From: a virus
Taxonomy: Duplodnaviria > Caudoviricetes
Virus record (IMG/VR): IMGVR_UViG_3300028379_000001
Location: 4,186 to 68,185 of that record
DNA length: 64,000 bases
Direction: 5' to 3' (one strand)
Both the position numbers and the translations under genes were made by a program. The notes below the pieces were generated by a model, which saw only the letters and a program-made list of their open reading frames with translations, had not been told where the DNA came from and did no database searches. Below, piece after piece: positions 17,914-27,791 of this stretch. Numbering within the stretch: the stretch's first letter is position 1; each line of letters starts with the position of its first letter.

Positions 17914-19973
17914 CCTCCGATCAACAGACGCTTGGCATAGTCGACCCCGCGCCGCTCGTCCAAGAGCCGGTACTGGATCTTGTCCTTGCCATCCGTCACC
18001 GCCGCTATGTGCTCCTCTATCGTACCGCGACTCCGGACGTACCAGTACGTCGCGGGTGGCCTGGGGGATGAGGGGTCGAGCGCGCGGGAGATCCGGTGGA
18101 TCCGGTCCTCCACCTGCTCCTGCTCGGAGGGGTCCCAGGTCTCGTCCATCACCACCATGTCGTCGGCCGCGTCTAGGGTCAGAGAGACCCCGCCCGCGAT
18201 CGTGTTGAGGAAGAACAGGCGCGGTCCGCCCGGCTTCTGGAAGGTGGCCTTGGCGTTGGCTCGCGCGGCGTTGTTCGTGTCCCCGGTCAGGATCAGACTC
18301 GGCACCCCGAGCCGGTCGCACTCCGCCTTCATCAGCTTCAGGAGTGGCGTCTGCCACGCGGCGATGATGATCTTGCCCTCGCCCCAGGCTTCCTTCGGCC
18401 GCCAGATCCCGCGCTCGCGCAGGAACTCCTGGAGCCAGTCCCACTTGTTGCTCGGCAGCATCGGCTTGTACCGCTTCACCCACTCGTCGAAGCTCTCGCC
18501 GGGCACCCGCTTCAGTACGTGCTCGACGTCCCCATACGCGCAGGCCATCTGCTTGCAGCGGGTCATCTCGGCGAGTAGCCCTGCCGCCGTCAGCGACCCA
18601 GACTCCAGGTGGACTTCGGCGTCCTCGACCATCTGGTCGTAGGCGACGCGCTGCTTGCCCTCCATGTCGAGCCAGACGCCCACAGGGCCGGTCTTGTCCT
18701 CGGCGTCCAGGTAGTTACCCGCGTAGACCTTCGCGGGCAGCTGAGGGGCCACCTCCGCCTTCGTACGGCGGATCATGTAAGCGTCGATCTCCCGCCCGAA
18801 GCCCTTCGTTGCGGAGGCGTGCTGGTCGCCGATCTCCTTTGACCATTCGCCATCCACGACCTCGAACCAGCGGTTCACCCAGTCCCAGTAGGCGCTGTGC
18901 TGCTTCGGCGCCAGCCAGTTCAGCGAGCCCCACAGGTTGAGCGGGTCGCCCTTGAGCGGCGTCCCGGTCAGGTTTAGCTTCATGGAGTGCTCGCTGTGGA
19001 CCGGGAGCTTCTGGACGTTCCGGCGGAGCTGCGACTGCTTGTCGGCTACGCTGGAGCTGGTGGGCAGGATTCGGTGCCCTTCGTCCACGATGATCGCGGA
19101 CCAGTCATGCGCCGTGAGCGCCGGGAACCGCATCTCGTCGGTCGTGATCGTCTTCGTCGTTGCGCGGGGGATTCCCTTCTCCTCGTCCTTCCAGTACAGG
19201 GGCTCTGGCGTCCCGTCCGGACGCCACGCAATGTCGGTGCGGGACAACGTGTATCGGTCGAGCTGGAGCGACTCGAAGTTCATGAAGCACCAGGTCCGCT
19301 CGTCCGGGTTCTCGTGTGCCTCCTTCCAGAACGCATCGAGTTTCGTCCGTCGGGTCGGCGTGTCTCCGTCCACGATGTAGTACGCCTCGTTGGGGAACCA
19401 GGCATCGAACTCGTCCGGCCATGTCATGTTCGACGCGGCCGCAGGCGCCAGGACCAGGATCGCCCCGACCGTCTCGTCCTCGACGATCGCTGCGGTAGCC
19501 TGGAGCGTCTTGCCGAGCCCCGGCTGGTCGGCGATGATCGCCCGGCGAGCGCGGATGGCGAACCGGACGCCGATCGTCTGGAACGGTCGCTCGTACATGG
19601 CCTTGGCCATGTCGGGGTACTCCCGCTCCAGGACCGGCAGGTCCAGGCGCTTCGCCGCCATAATCTCCTGGAGATCCTCGCGCCGTAGCTGCTCCTCCTT
19701 CGCCCAGGCCCACAGGTCCGGGTGAATCTCGATCTTGTAGTTGTTCTTCTTGGTGAAGACCAACCGGAGGTCGAGACAGACGCGGTAGGAGAGGGCGTAC
19801 GTGATCACGCCCGGTTCATTCCTCCCTACGGCCTCCCGGGCCCAGGAGCGAGCAGCACGGGACTCGCTGAACCCCGCTCCGGGGATCGCCTCGGCGAGCG
19901 TTTTGAGGCTCAGGATGTTGGCCGCAGCCATCCAGATCCGGCCGCCGCTTCGGTTGAGGTGTAGGGTGGGCAT
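17910..19973 (-). CDS. SNF2/SF2-family helicase
   Basis: IIADQPGLGKT, IIVDEGH, LTGTP, GVSLTL, EQEQVEDRIHRI. Confidence 0.92.
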   Translation of the reverse strand: MPTLHLNRSGGRIWMAAANILSLKTLAEAIPGAGFSESRAARSWAREAVGRNEPGVITYALSYRVCLDLRLVFTKKNNYKIEIHPDLWAWAKEEQLRREDLQEIMAAKRLDLPVLEREYPDMAKAMYERPFQTIGVRFAIRARRAIIADQPGLGKTLQATAAIVEDETVGAILVLAPAAASNMTWPDEFDAWFPNEAYYIVDGDTPTRRTKLDAFWKEAHENPDERTWCFMNFESLQLDRYTLSRTDIAWRPDGTPEPLYWKDEEKGIPRATTKTITTDEMRFPALTAHDWSAIIVDEGHRILPTSSSVADKQSQLRRNVQKLPVHSEHSMKLNLTGTPLKGDPLNLWGSLNWLAPKQHSAYWDWVNRWFEVVDGEWSKEIGDQHASATKGFGREIDAYMIRRTKAEVAPQLPAKVYAGNYLDAEDKTGPVGVWLDMEGKQRVAYDQMVEDAEVHLESGSLTAAGLLAEMTRCKQMACAYGDVEHVLKRVPGESFDEWVKRYKPMLPSNKWDWLQEFLRERGIWRPKEAWGEGKIIIAAWQTPLLKLMKAECDRLGVPSLILTGDTNNAARANAKATFQKPGGPRLFFLNTIAGGVSLTLDAADDMVVMDETWDPSEQEQVEDRIHRISRALDPSSPRPPATYWYVRSRGTIEEHIAAVTDGKDKIQYRLLDERRGVDYAKRLLIGG

Positions 19974-20786
19974 CTACTTCACCGCCACCAGGGCGTCGAG
20001 AGCCACCGAGCGGAATCCTGTTCCCATGTAGTCCACAAACATGAGGATACGGCGTCCTGTGGACGAAGTCGAGATTTTCAGGTGTCGGTTGTGGATCTTC
20101 TCGACGCCCTTGGCGTCGACGGAGCTGTCGGGCGGTATCACCGCCGTCTCCTCCTCCCCGGAGAAACTGTTGACCCAGACCAGGGTGCCGCCGACGACGG
20201 CGTCCAGGATCTCGTCCTCGTCGTCGTCGAGTCCGAAGGGGATGTTGCGGCGGGTCGGTCGCTTCTGCCGACGGCGCCGGGGCTCCTCCGCTGCCTCGAT
20301 TACGTCGGCGGGATGCCCCGCGATCCTTCGTAGGGCATCGGCCAGGCTCCCGAGCCGCAGCGAGTACGAGTCCATCGTCCACGCCGACAGCACAGAGTCC
20401 CACGCGTTTAGCTCCCAGACGGCAACGATGAACTCGGCGTCACGCGACAGCTCCAAGCTCTGGCCTCGGTCCACGACGTCCCAGCCGTGCTCCTCCGCCC
20501 ACGCCCTCGTTACGTCGATCTTCCGGTCGAGCGAGTCCCGCATGCCGATCTTGGGGATCTCGACCGTCGGGCGGGCTCGCTCGGCGAGGCAGGGCAGGAA
20601 CACGGTGTGCTCCAGGGCATACGCATCCCCGCCCGGCGACTCGTGGGCCCAGGCATCGACAGCGGCGCCGTAGGGATTCGCCGCGTCGACCATGTCGTCG
20701 CCCTCGTAGTCGGCCCACAGGATGTCCCGGCAGGACTTCCCGTGGATCTCGGCGCGACCGTCGCGGTAGATAACCTGGTACTTCAC
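19974..20786 (-). CDS. Hypothetical protein (270 aa)
   Basis: ORF track; RBS GGAGG; abuts helicase. Confidence 0.75.
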   Translation of the reverse strand: MKYQVIYRDGRAEIHGKSCRDILWADYEGDDMVDAANPYGAAVDAWAHESPGGDAYALEHTVFLPCLAERARPTVEIPKIGMRDSLDRKIDVTRAWAEEHGWDVVDRGQSLELSRDAEFIVAVWELNAWDSVLSAWTMDSYSLRLGSLADALRRIAGHPADVIEAAEEPRRRRQKRPTRRNIPFGLDDDEDEILDAVVGGTLVWVNSFSGEEETAVIPPDSSVDAKGVEKIHNRHLKISTSSTGRRILMFVDYMGTGFRSVALDALVAVK

Positions 20787-20977
20787 GATGCCTCCTTCCG
20801 GGACCAGTAGTCCATGCAGATTCGGACGACGATCGCGTGCTGGATCGTGATGCCGGTGTAGAACAGGGGCGGGACCGCCCGGCCTTCCTGGATGTACTCG
20901 ACGGCGGAGGAGTGGACGAACACGTAGGGGTGCGGCGTCACGGCATCCAGAGCCATGCTCATCCAGAAGTCATCCAT
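20783..20977 (-). CDS. Hypothetical protein (64 aa)
   Basis: ORF track; overlaps neighbours by a few nt. Confidence 0.55.
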   Translation of the reverse strand: MDDFWMSMALDAVTPHPYVFVHSSAVEYIQEGRAVPPLFYTGITIQHAIVVRICMDYWSRKEAS

Positions 20978-21317
20978 CCTCCTCCTCCGGTTCGTATCGG
21001 TCGCGCATCTCCTGCTTGACCTCTTCCATCGCCGGTCCGATCTCGGCGTACGGGTTGGTCATTTTGGCGATGCACCAGGCGAGCGTCGCCAGCTTGCCCT
21101 TCTGCTCGTAGTAGCTAGATGCCTGCTCCGCCAGGCCCTCAGAGTCCTCGATTCCGCCGTCCGCCAGGGCTTCCGCCAGGCTTTCGATCTCGACGAATCC
21201 CTCCCCCTTGGCGTGCATGTCCACGAACTTGGCGTACTGGGCGTCCGCCTGCTCCCAGAACATCTCCATGATGGAGCGTCCGGCGTTGCTGTGCTCCTCG
21301 CGCGGGTCCTTGGTCAT
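20970..21317 (-). CDS. Hypothetical acidic protein (115 aa)
   Basis: ORF track. Confidence 0.7.
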   Translation of the reverse strand: MTKDPREEHSNAGRSIMEMFWEQADAQYAKFVDMHAKGEGFVEIESLAEALADGGIEDSEGLAEQASSYYEQKGKLATLAWCIAKMTNPYAEIGPAMEEVKQEMRDRYEPEEEDG

Positions 21318-21499
21318 TCGTCGTCTCCTTGGAAGAATCGGTCGTCGAGCGCCTCCATTGCCACCTGGATGTCGTCCAGGCGGGCCGTTACAGTCTCCAG
21401 GTCCTCCGGGGTGATGTCCTCGACGTCGACACCGTCCTTCAGATCCTCGGCGATGTCGATGATTCGGTCGAGCTTCTCAACCGCCGTCATTCTCGCCAT
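21314..21499 (-). CDS. Hypothetical coiled-coil protein (61 aa)
   Basis: ORF track; RBS GGAGG. Confidence 0.65.
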   Translation of the reverse strand: MARMTAVEKLDRIIDIAEDLKDGVDVEDITPEDLETVTARLDDIQVAMEALDDRFFQGDDE

Positions 21500-21662
21500 C
21501 TCGGCCTCCCCTCGCGTAGTACTGCTGGTTCCAGCGGATCGCGGACAGCTCCATCTTGATCTCGTGGAGCAGCTTCCGGATCGCGGAGATGGTCGAGAGG
21601 AACCAGATGACCGCCGCGAAGTACGCGGCGACCCGGACCCAGTCCCAGATCTCAGACAACAC
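21477..21662 (-). CDS. Small membrane protein
   Basis: WDWVRVAAYFAAVIWFLSTISAI. Confidence 0.5.
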   Translation of the reverse strand: MLSEIWDWVRVAAYFAAVIWFLSTISAIRKLLHEIKMELSAIRWNQQYYARGGRDGENDGG

Positions 21663-21750
21663 CGAACATCGCCCCCAGGAACCAGATGATGGCGAAAACC
21701 GCGCCGAGGCAGGCCACGAGTCCCAGGGTCCAGAACGTCCGCTCGCTCAT
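21652..21750 (-). CDS. Small membrane protein (32 aa)
   Basis: MSERTFWTLGLVACLGAVFAIIWFLGAMFGVV. Confidence 0.5.
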   Translation of the reverse strand: MSERTFWTLGLVACLGAVFAIIWFLGAMFGVV

Positions 21751-22688
21751 CCGCCGACCGCCTTCCGCTCGGCCCCGCCGACGCGGTTGCTTCCGTCGGT
21801 CATGTCCACCGAGGCTCCAGCTTCCCGTCCCAGACGCCCCGCGCGCTCGTCCGTGACCTGGGACTGACGACCGATGGACCCCGTGCCGAGTCCGCCGGGG
21901 TATGTCGCCGCCACGAGGTCGTCGATTGCCGTGGCCTCCCTGCGGAGCACCAGGCCCACCCCCGCCCCGGCGTCGGCCTCGGCGCGCTCCTGCGCCAACT
22001 TCATCCGCCACATGCGTTCCACGATCTCGTTGCGGAACCCCGCCGCGTAGCTCTCCCGGTACTTGGCGTTGCTCTGGGTGAGGTTCGCCCGCTCCACCCC
22101 GGCGTCGCGGCAGGCCCTTGCGTACAGCCGCTTCATCTTGCCGTTGTCCTTGGGCGGCTCCGCCACCCCGGCGAGACTCCCGGCCGCCCGGCCCTTCTGC
22201 CAGATCTCCTTCCACTTGATTCCGGCCTCCGCCAGGTTCTTGATGTTCGTGCCCTCGTCGGTCGACAGCTCCCACTTCGGGAACAGCTTCGTGCTGAAGG
22301 TCAGGTAGCTCCCCGTCCACAGCATCCGGAGGTACGCGACATCGTCGGGGTACCCGAACAGCGCCATCTTGCTGTTGTAGAACCCGTACTCCGTCACGAG
22401 CCGCACCCCGGTCAGCGTGGCGTAGGCGCTGATGACGGTCTGGTGGACGTCCTTGAACGGGTCGTCGCTGTCGATCCAGGCGATCCTGTCCATGATCGGA
22501 ACGGACGCCTTGGGCTCCGCCGCGCCCTTCGCCGCCTCCCGCATCTTCAGCATGACGCTGTCGATCTTGTGCTTGTGCTTGAGCTGGTTGGCCTTCATCA
22601 GGAAGGCTTCCCGCTCGGCCGGTCCCGTGCCGGGGTGGTTGGCCTGGTTGATCAGCCCCTGGATCCGGTCCAGGATCTTGTCGCTCAC
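21747..22688 (-). CDS. DUF2786-type protein
   Basis: MSDKILDRIQGLINQANHPGTGPAEREAFLMKANQLKHKH N-terminus; YRESYAAGF. Confidence 0.7.
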   Translation of the reverse strand: MSDKILDRIQGLINQANHPGTGPAEREAFLMKANQLKHKHKIDSVMLKMREAAKGAAEPKASVPIMDRIAWIDSDDPFKDVHQTVISAYATLTGVRLVTEYGFYNSKMALFGYPDDVAYLRMLWTGSYLTFSTKLFPKWELSTDEGTNIKNLAEAGIKWKEIWQKGRAAGSLAGVAEPPKDNGKMKRLYARACRDAGVERANLTQSNAKYRESYAAGFRNEIVERMWRMKLAQERAEADAGAGVGLVLRREATAIDDLVAATYPGGLGTGSIGRQSQVTDERAGRLGREAGASVDMTDGSNRVGGAERKAVGG

Positions 22689-22726
22689 GATTTCCTCCGA
22701 TTCGAGGGCCTCCCGGCCCGCCGAGT

Positions 22727-22759
22727 AGAACGATACCCTGTGACGCTTCCGGCGTCTAT
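22727..22759 (-). promoter_or_regulatory. Early promoter with GACGC-N5-GCGTC palindrome
   Basis: Minus strand TAGACG-17 bp-TATCGT; palindrome at 22742-22756. Confidence 0.75.
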
Positions 22760-22763
22760 AGGG

Positions 22764-23294
22764 CTATGCGACCGCGTCTCGCCAACCCATGTTCTTGGCG
22801 CAGGTGTCACCCATCCCGCGAGCGCGGGACGAGTCCTTTGTCAGGGTCTTGTGGCAGTGGCCACAGCGCCCGATCTTCTTGCCGTAGGTGAGCATGGCCT
22901 CCTGCGGGTCGCGCGCGATCTTGCGCATGACGCCGATCTCTGCTGCGATTCCCGGCAGGCGGTGGAAGTCTTCGGAGGCCTGGACCTTGATGAAGGTGTA
23001 CCCCGCCCACTTGCCCTCGGTCGGCTTGTCCACCTCGTAGAAGGCCAGCTTGCCGTCCTCGCGGGGAACCGCGTAGTACCCTTCCGGGATCTGTAGGGAT
23101 AGCTCCCGTTTGATCTTGAGCATGGCGGACCGATCCGCGTCCCGTCGCTTGATCGCGGGGCGAACGTGGGCGGGGCTCTCGAAGCCCAACTGCACCGATC
23201 CGTCCCGGTCCGGCACCTTGTCCCCCTTCGCCTTCGCGCACGAAACCACATGGTTGCGGTTGACGTCCTCGGTCTTGCAGTATCCGCACTTCAC
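22764..23294 (-). CDS. DUF6011-type zinc-finger protein
   Basis: C-terminal CGHCHKTLTKDSSRARGMGDTCA; N-terminal CGYC. Confidence 0.75.
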   Translation of the reverse strand: MKCGYCKTEDVNRNHVVSCAKAKGDKVPDRDGSVQLGFESPAHVRPAIKRRDADRSAMLKIKRELSLQIPEGYYAVPREDGKLAFYEVDKPTEGKWAGYTFIKVQASEDFHRLPGIAAEIGVMRKIARDPQEAMLTYGKKIGRCGHCHKTLTKDSSRARGMGDTCAKNMGWRDAVA

Positions 23295-23324
23295 TTCGGG
23301 CCTCCCGGTCCGTTCGATACCTTG

Positions 23325-23353
23325 AGCTTACGCCATGACGCCCTCGGCGTCTA
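23325..23353 (-). promoter_or_regulatory. Early promoter with GACGC-N5-GCGTC palindrome
   Basis: Minus strand TAGACG-17 bp-TAAGCT; palindrome at 23337-23351. Confidence 0.75.
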
Positions 23354-23357
23354 GTCC

Positions 23358-23603
23358 CTAGTGGTACGGGGAGGGGCAGACCCCGCCCCGGACCGTCATG
23401 CCGCAGGCCTTCCCGGCGACCTTGACTGCGCAGGGGTGCGGCTTCGCCGCCGCGCCGGACTTGATCCCCTTGTCGCCGGTCGACTCCGCGCGGTCCATCA
23501 GGTTCTTGCAGCACTTCCCGACCTGGTGCGTGCCGAGCCCCGGCCAGCGCCTCGTGTACGTCGCGGAGGTCCGCTTCCCACAGTAGGTGCACCGCTTCGC
23601 CAT
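23358..23603 (-). CDS. Cys-rich small protein (MAKRCTYCG...)
   Basis: ATG overlaps previous stop; 7 Cys. Confidence 0.6.
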   Translation of the reverse strand: MAKRCTYCGKRTSATYTRRWPGLGTHQVGKCCKNLMDRAESTGDKGIKSGAAAKPHPCAVKVAGKACGMTVRGGVCPSPYH

Positions 23604-23836
23604 CAGGCGGCCCTCTCCGTCTCCTTCAGCAGGCGCTCCTGCGCGCCGGTGAGGCTGTCGACGATCCGCTCCACGACGGTGTGCCGCTTCGCGGCGAGGT
23701 AGTCCGCCACCCGCTCCTGCGCGGCGCGCCCGTAGTTCGAGAACACGGCCAGCGTGTCGCCCTTCCCCTTGACCGAGCGGGCTCGCACCACGGTCTCCCG
23801 ACCGGTCTTGCCGTCCACGATCACCTTGACCTGCAT
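23603..23836 (-). CDS. Hypothetical protein (77 aa)
   Basis: ORF track; RBS AGGAGG. Confidence 0.7.
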   Translation of the reverse strand: MQVKVIVDGKTGRETVVRARSVKGKGDTLAVFSNYGRAAQERVADYLAAKRHTVVERIVDSLTGAQERLLKETERAA

Positions 23837-23991
23837 GGTTCCTCCTGGTTGCTTGTTTGGGCATTAGGAGGGAGTGCCCGCCGGGTGGTCCCCGGTTACC
23901 CCGGCCCGGCAGGCGCGATGGGGTGACCAAGCCCCATCCTCCCATCATTAGTTGTACCGCCGGGCGAGAATCCCCGCCCGGCGGGTCGTGC

Positions 23992-25367
23992 TCAGGCCTT
24001 CCGGACCTTTCCGACGCGATCCACGTCACCCTCCGACTGCGCCAGCTCCTCGGCGCGCTCCGCCGTCGCCGCTTCGACGGACAGCCACTCCTTGTTGCCG
24101 TCCTTGTCCCAGGTCTCGACGCGCCACTTCTCGATCTTCACTTCGTTCCTCTCAGTCTCCGAACAGCAACCTAGCGAAGGCGACCGTCCACGCTCCGACC
24201 CAAAGCACCGCTGCCATGAGCACCCCCGCGAACAGCCAGATCTGCTCCGTGGCGCCCTCGGGATACTCCACCATCCATCTCGCCCCGAAGCCGAGGATGA
24301 GAGGCCCGCCCCCGAAGACCATAACGATGCAGAAGAACATCCCAAGAGCGCGCATTACCCCTCCTTGTACTCGATCGTGACGTCCTCGTCCCACTCCAGC
24401 CCATCGGCAGAGCGGGCGATGACTGCTTCGTCGCGGGTCTCGTAGAACCGGCCGCGCCGCTTCCCGTTGTCGCAGACGTAGTAGCCGCTGCTCGGGTTCT
24501 CCATCATTCCTTCAGCTCCTCGATCTGGATGGAGCCCTTGAGGGCGATCGGCTCCGCCATCTCCCGGACCTCCTGCTCGTTCTCGGCGTAGACGACCGCC
24601 TGCCTCCCCATCTTCTCGGCTCCCTCGCGCCACTTCACGTGGTACTTCGGCATCAGACTCGTGCCTCCTTCACCGTCACCTTGACACCCGTCGGCGGGTT
24701 GTCGACTAGCCTGCGGCTCAGCTCCGCGCAGGGGTCGCACCAGTCGTACGTCTCGGTCACCGAGGTCAGGTTCGTCTCCATCGTCACCGTGGCGACCGTG
24801 TCGACGGGCGAGTTCTTGCAGCTCTGGCAGGTCTGCTTGGCCATCAGATTCCGGCTCCCTTCGGGAGAGCGGGCTGGTAGCCCGCGTTGGTCATGACGGG
24901 GCAGAGCTGCGTACCGTCCTTGTGGCGCCATCCGAGACGCGCGGGGTCGGTTCCCGGCGCGATCGTGTCGGTGGGCCTCCCGCCCTCGATCGGCTCCATG
25001 CACTCCGAACACACCCACGTGTAGCCCATCAGTACGCCCCCTTGCCCTTCTGGATGTGGCGGCCGCAGCCGCAGTCGAACTCTTCGGAGGGGTCTCCGTA
25101 GCAGAAGTCCAGGCCCCCGCCCTGGCCGTACGTCGGTCCGATCCGATCCGGCGTCGCCCAGCCGGACTCTACGCCATACACGACGTCGGCCGAAGTCAGG
25201 AAGACGTACTTGAACCAGACGGTATCCCCGACCTTCATCCACTCGCCCGTGCGGAGGAACCTGTCGAGGTTCCCGCTGTCGGTCGAGGACTCCTTGCCGG
25301 AAATCGCGAGCCCCTTCCGGGTTGCCTCCAGCATCTCCAGCTCGCTCACGTCGCCAAACTTCATCAT
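23992..25367 (-). other. Array of seven early microgenes: 23992-24141, 24152-24355 (membrane), 24355-24507, 24504-24653, 24653-24844 (CxxC x2), 24844-25029 (CxxC), 25029-25367
   Basis: Starts re-called by hand; most overlap the previous stop (TGATG/TAATG). Confidence 0.7.
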
Positions 25368-25407
25368 CGCGGGGCCTCCCGGTCCGTCGCTCTCTCTTAC
25401 AAGTACA

Positions 25408-25467
25408 AACTTACTCCGCGACGCGGAGGGCGTCTATCCCCCGATTGGGTGACGCCCTCCGCGTCTA
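25408..25467 (-). promoter_or_regulatory. Tandem GACGC-N5-GCGTC palindromes; downstream copy is a promoter
   Basis: Palindromes at 25420-34 and 25451-65; TAGACG-17 bp-TAAGTT for the first. Confidence 0.7.
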
Positions 25468-25502
25468 GCGAGCCGCCCCGCTCCCCAGCGGGCGGCGTGG
25501 TC

Positions 25503-25580
25503 CTACTTTCCGGGGCAGGCGTGCTTCTCCAGGTCCGCCACGCTCTTGAACTTCTTCCCGCAGCCGCTGCACTCGATCAC
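25503..25580 (-). CDS. 25-aa C2H2-like zinc-finger microprotein (MIECSGCGKKFKSVADLEKHACPGK)
   Basis: GTG 25580 after GGGG/GAG; Cx2Cx3Fx5Lx2H consensus. Confidence 0.55.
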   Translation of the reverse strand: MIECSGCGKKFKSVADLEKHACPGK

Positions 25581-25594
25581 TCGATCACCCCCTC

Positions 25595-25933
25595 TCAGGA
25601 GAGCAAGCTCTCCATGTAGATCACCTCTGCCTCGTCGCACTTCTCCTTGAGCTTGTGCGTCCGCTCCGCGCCGAGCGCGCGCTCCACGGTCTTCCAGACC
25701 TGGGTCAGGCTCCCTCCGTTCTCGTACAGGTAGAGCACTCCGTGCTCCAGGATGTCGGCCTTGTTCCGAGATGGCGCCCCGGTGATCCCGCGCAGGTTCT
25801 TCGCGGGCGCCCCCTTCGAGTGGCGGAGACCGGTCGTGATCTCGACGCACACCGCCGACAGGAGCCGCACGAAGTTCATCTGCATCGTGAGGTCGCCCCG
25901 CAGGTCGATTCGGCCGTCCTCGTGGAACTTCAT
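25595..25933 (-). CDS. Hypothetical protein (112 aa)
   Basis: ORF track; RBS GAGGAG. Confidence 0.7.
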   Translation of the reverse strand: MKFHEDGRIDLRGDLTMQMNFVRLLSAVCVEITTGLRHSKGAPAKNLRGITGAPSRNKADILEHGVLYLYENGGSLTQVWKTVERALGAERTHKLKEKCDEAEVIYMESLLS

Positions 25934-26052
25934 CTGGTGATCCTCCTCTGGACGACCCTCCCGGCCATCCTAGCGCCCCGCGCGGCGTCGATTCCGCGTC
26001 CCGTCCTAGCGCCGGTCCGGCTTCGGTCGGGGCTTTCCCTCCAACAACTACA

Positions 26053-26081
26053 ACTCTACGCTCCGACGCCCTCGGCGTCGA
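26053..26081 (-). promoter_or_regulatory. Early promoter with GACGC-N5-GCGTC palindrome
   Basis: Minus strand TCGACG-17 bp-TAGAGT; palindrome at 26065-26079. Confidence 0.7.
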
Positions 26082-26099
26082 TAGCCCGAACGGGTGGTG

Positions 26100-27247
26100 C
26101 TACCCCTCCGCTACGCCGCTGTCCTCGGCGCACTGGTCGTGAAGCTTTCCATGCTCCCCGTAGTCGATCAGGTCCCCGTCGACCGCCGAGCCCGGCATGT
26201 CGCAGGCGTCGCACTTATCGGCCATCAGCCCTCCTCCTGCCAGTTCCCCGCGCCATGCTGGGAGTTCATGAACTCCGCCATCACCTTCCGCGCGTCCTCG
26301 CGCCTCACGGCCTCCCCCTGGAAGTAGTCCGACGACCAGCGGCCATCCTTTCCTCGCACCCGGAGGTAGAACTTGTGGACCTCCATCAGACCAGCTCCTT
26401 GCGCACGGGGTCCGTCCCTTGGAGCGAGGGGCAGGACGGGTCGCAGTAGAACCCGGCCGGGGCTCCGCAGCCATCCTCGCAGTCGATCGAGAACATCTCG
26501 CAGTCCTCGTCCGGCACCTTCACGTACTTCGCGCCCGGCATATCGGCCGGGGTCGGCGAGTCCGACATCAGACAGTCCTCTCCGTTGCGTAGCCAAGCCG
26601 GATAAGCCAGGGGCCGATCGTCGCGTGGATCTTCGCGCGGGAGACCTCGGCGATCGACCCCGGATCGGGGTACTCCCCGTCCATCGACGCGACCTGGTAC
26701 CGATCCTCCTCGCCCATCCGGGCCACGACGAACGGGAGTGGTCCGGTCGAGAGCTGCGTGAAGCACGCCATGCCGGCCTCGATCCCGGTATACATCGGAA
26801 CCGTCAGCGTCGGCCGGTCCTCCGTTCCGAACGCCTCGATCGAGAAGTACAGGTCCAGCAGGAGCGCAAGCTCCATCACGTCCTCGTCCGGGTCCGCGAA
26901 GTTCCGCAGCTTCGCGACGGGCCGCCCGTCGACCCATTCCCACGGACCGCCGTCGAACGTTCCGTCGCCCATCGTCGGCGCGGTTCCGTACCCGCCGTAC
27001 AGCTCAAACTTCGTCCAGTCGACGTCGATCATCAGCCCTCATCCTTCCGTCGGATCTTCGCGATCTCGCGCGCCGGTCCGGCGAACATCACCGTCGGCCA
27101 TCCCCCGCCCGTGGCTCCGGCAGGAGCCGAAACGGACCAGGAGACCTCACGCGGGTCCGCGCCCGCTTCGGCGAGGTAGACCGCTACGGCGGTCTCGATC
27201 TTTTCCCCCGCGTCGACCACGACAGGGACATTCACAGACTCGAACAT
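26100..27247 (-). other. Array of five early genes: 26100-26225, 26225-26386, 26386-26568 (Cys-rich), 26568-27032, 27032-27247
   Basis: All linked by TGATG stop/start overlaps; starts re-called by hand. Confidence 0.7.
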
Positions 27248-27389
27248 GGTTCTCCTAAGGTCGGAGGGCTCGCAGGAATTTCGGCAATAGGTTCGTACGC
27301 TAAGGCGCGCAGACTCCTGTCCCCTGACGGGTCCAGTCGTCTCTAAGGGAGGTCTTAAGCCCTAGCGGCGCGGGTGCGCCGCCGGGGGT

Positions 27390-27575
27390 CTAGCGGGGGA
27401 CGACTCGGGTGTAGTGGCGAGGAACCTCGCCGTAGGCGGTTCGGAGGACGACGACCGGGCCGGTCGGCCGGTGGCGACCTTCGAGGCGCACGACGGTCCC
27501 GACGACCTTCGGACCGGCACCGACGATCTCGACGGGACGGCCGACGTAGAACTTCGAGGTAATTCCGGAAAACAT
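27390..27575 (-). CDS. 61-aa early protein, SH3-barrel-like pattern (MFSGITSKFYVGRPVEIVG...)
   Basis: ATG 27575 after TAAGGAG; hairpin GCGGCGC-GGGT-GCGCCGC (27365-82) follows the stop. Confidence 0.7.
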   Translation of the reverse strand: MFSGITSKFYVGRPVEIVGAGPKVVGTVVRLEGRHRPTGPVVVLRTAYGEVPRHYTRVVPR

Positions 27576-27583
27576 GGGTCTCC

Positions 27584-27781
27584 TTAGGACGTAGCGGCGC
27601 GGAGTCGAGAGGTAATCGGGGAGACCTCTTCGGCGGTTTCGACGCCGAATTCGAGGAGGGTCGCCCCGGCCGCCGTAGAGACGGCGGACCAATCGTAGTA
27701 GAGGAACCCGAGGATTCGGGAGAGGTACCGAGCGATCTCGACGTCCCCGACGACCGGGACGGAGAAGTAGAAGGTAAGGAT
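27584..27781 (-). CDS. 65-aa early protein with predicted ATC start
   Basis: TAAGGAG-6 nt-ATC; (M)LTFYFSVPVVGDVEIARYLSRILGFLYYDW...RAATS; GC3-rich; no in-frame ATG/GTG/TTG; absent from ORF track. Confidence 0.6.
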   Translation of the reverse strand: MLTFYFSVPVVGDVEIARYLSRILGFLYYDWSAVSTAAGATLLEFGVETAEEVSPITSRLRAATS

Positions 27782-27791
27782 AGCGGTCTCC

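Noticed and set aside
27390-27692. Track ORF starting at TTG 27692 (100 aa)
   Set aside because: The upstream part is an off-frame read of the ATC-start gene; the real start is ATG 27575 with TAAGGAG.
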